64,000 bases of DNA, taken from assembly GCA_003971905.1 (NCBI GenBank), contig RSEE01000025.1, forward strand, positions 682,001 through 746,000, written 5' to 3'. A program made the position numbers and the translations under genes. Source of the DNA: Moniliella sp. 'wahieum' (taxonomy: Eukaryota). The notes under the pieces are model-generated. The model had not been told where the DNA came from and searched no databases. It saw only the letters and a list, made by a program, of their open reading frames with translations. Position 1 is the stretch's first letter. Every line of letters begins with the position of its first letter. Below are positions 63,510 through 64,000 of this stretch, one piece after another.

Positions 63510-64000
63510 TTACGCCTTCTTGGCTGCCTCGGCTTGCTCCTCCGCAATCTCTTGAATCTCATCATCAATCGCAATCTCCTCATCCAGGTCCTCCACTTGC
63601 AGGTTGGGGCGATGAATAAAGTCGGTAATGAGCTTCTTGTACGGGTGGGGCACGCCTTGTGGGTTGTTCCTGCGCACAAACGGAAGTACTACTCGGCATA
63701 GACATTGCCGTCGGCACGGCCGAAGGGCGAGTTGATAATGTGGTCCGACAACACAAAGCTGTCGTCAACGGCACTGCAAATCCACGCACCGTCTTGCACA
63801 GCGCTGACACACTCGCCTGGACCGTATCCAACTGCGTGGGCGCCAGCCAGCCCGAACGCAAAAGTGCGCCGCCTTCTCCTCCATCTGCCACAGACCGTAC
63901 AGCTCGCCACCGTCGTCAACGTCGCCCGCACCCCATCCTTGTCCGCAGACGGCGGCAGTTGCTTGATGGCATTGTGGAACTGACGGAAAATGTAGTTCGA
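63510..64000 (-). CDS. Acyl-CoA oxidase, C-terminal part (gene starts beyond the window; frameshifted)
   Basis: LYGLWQME..FLRSGWL, LCKTVRGFAVPLTDSFVLSDHIINSPFGRADGNVY, typical of the ACOX C-terminal domain. Confidence 0.85.

Overview
GC-rich eukaryotic DNA with short GT-AG introns (GTACGT/GTGAGT donors, CTRAC branch points). It is most consistent with a plant-associated basidiomycete, probably Ustilaginomycotina (inferred from gene content and style). About 22 protein-coding genes can be supported: GH28 endopolygalacturonase, IMP3, SGD1/NOM1, MRPL25, a CCCH-PAM2-SMR protein, an SDR, YAF9, a bZIP factor, MSP1, GH79, GH128, a DAL5-type MFS permease, a Cys/Met PLP lyase, the 3' end of an acyl-CoA oxidase, and several hypotheticals. 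Most genes are broken by 1-nt indels in homopolymers, which looks like unpolished long-read error, so many CDS boundaries are approximate. The main observations the ORF track does not show are: (1) an intronic box C/D snoRNA (SNORD46/snR63-type guide) in an apparently non-coding host that is divergent from IMP3; (2) a secreted Kex2-processed repeat precursor with 40-aa His/Pro-rich units; (3) a hidden 76-aa MGLCQSK microprotein whose first coding exon is only ATG; (4) intergenic arrays with a 7-bp period, each unit a 6-bp A..T palindrome plus one base, with interchangeable cores; (5) a solitary Gag-like ORF; (6) a GC-AG intron.
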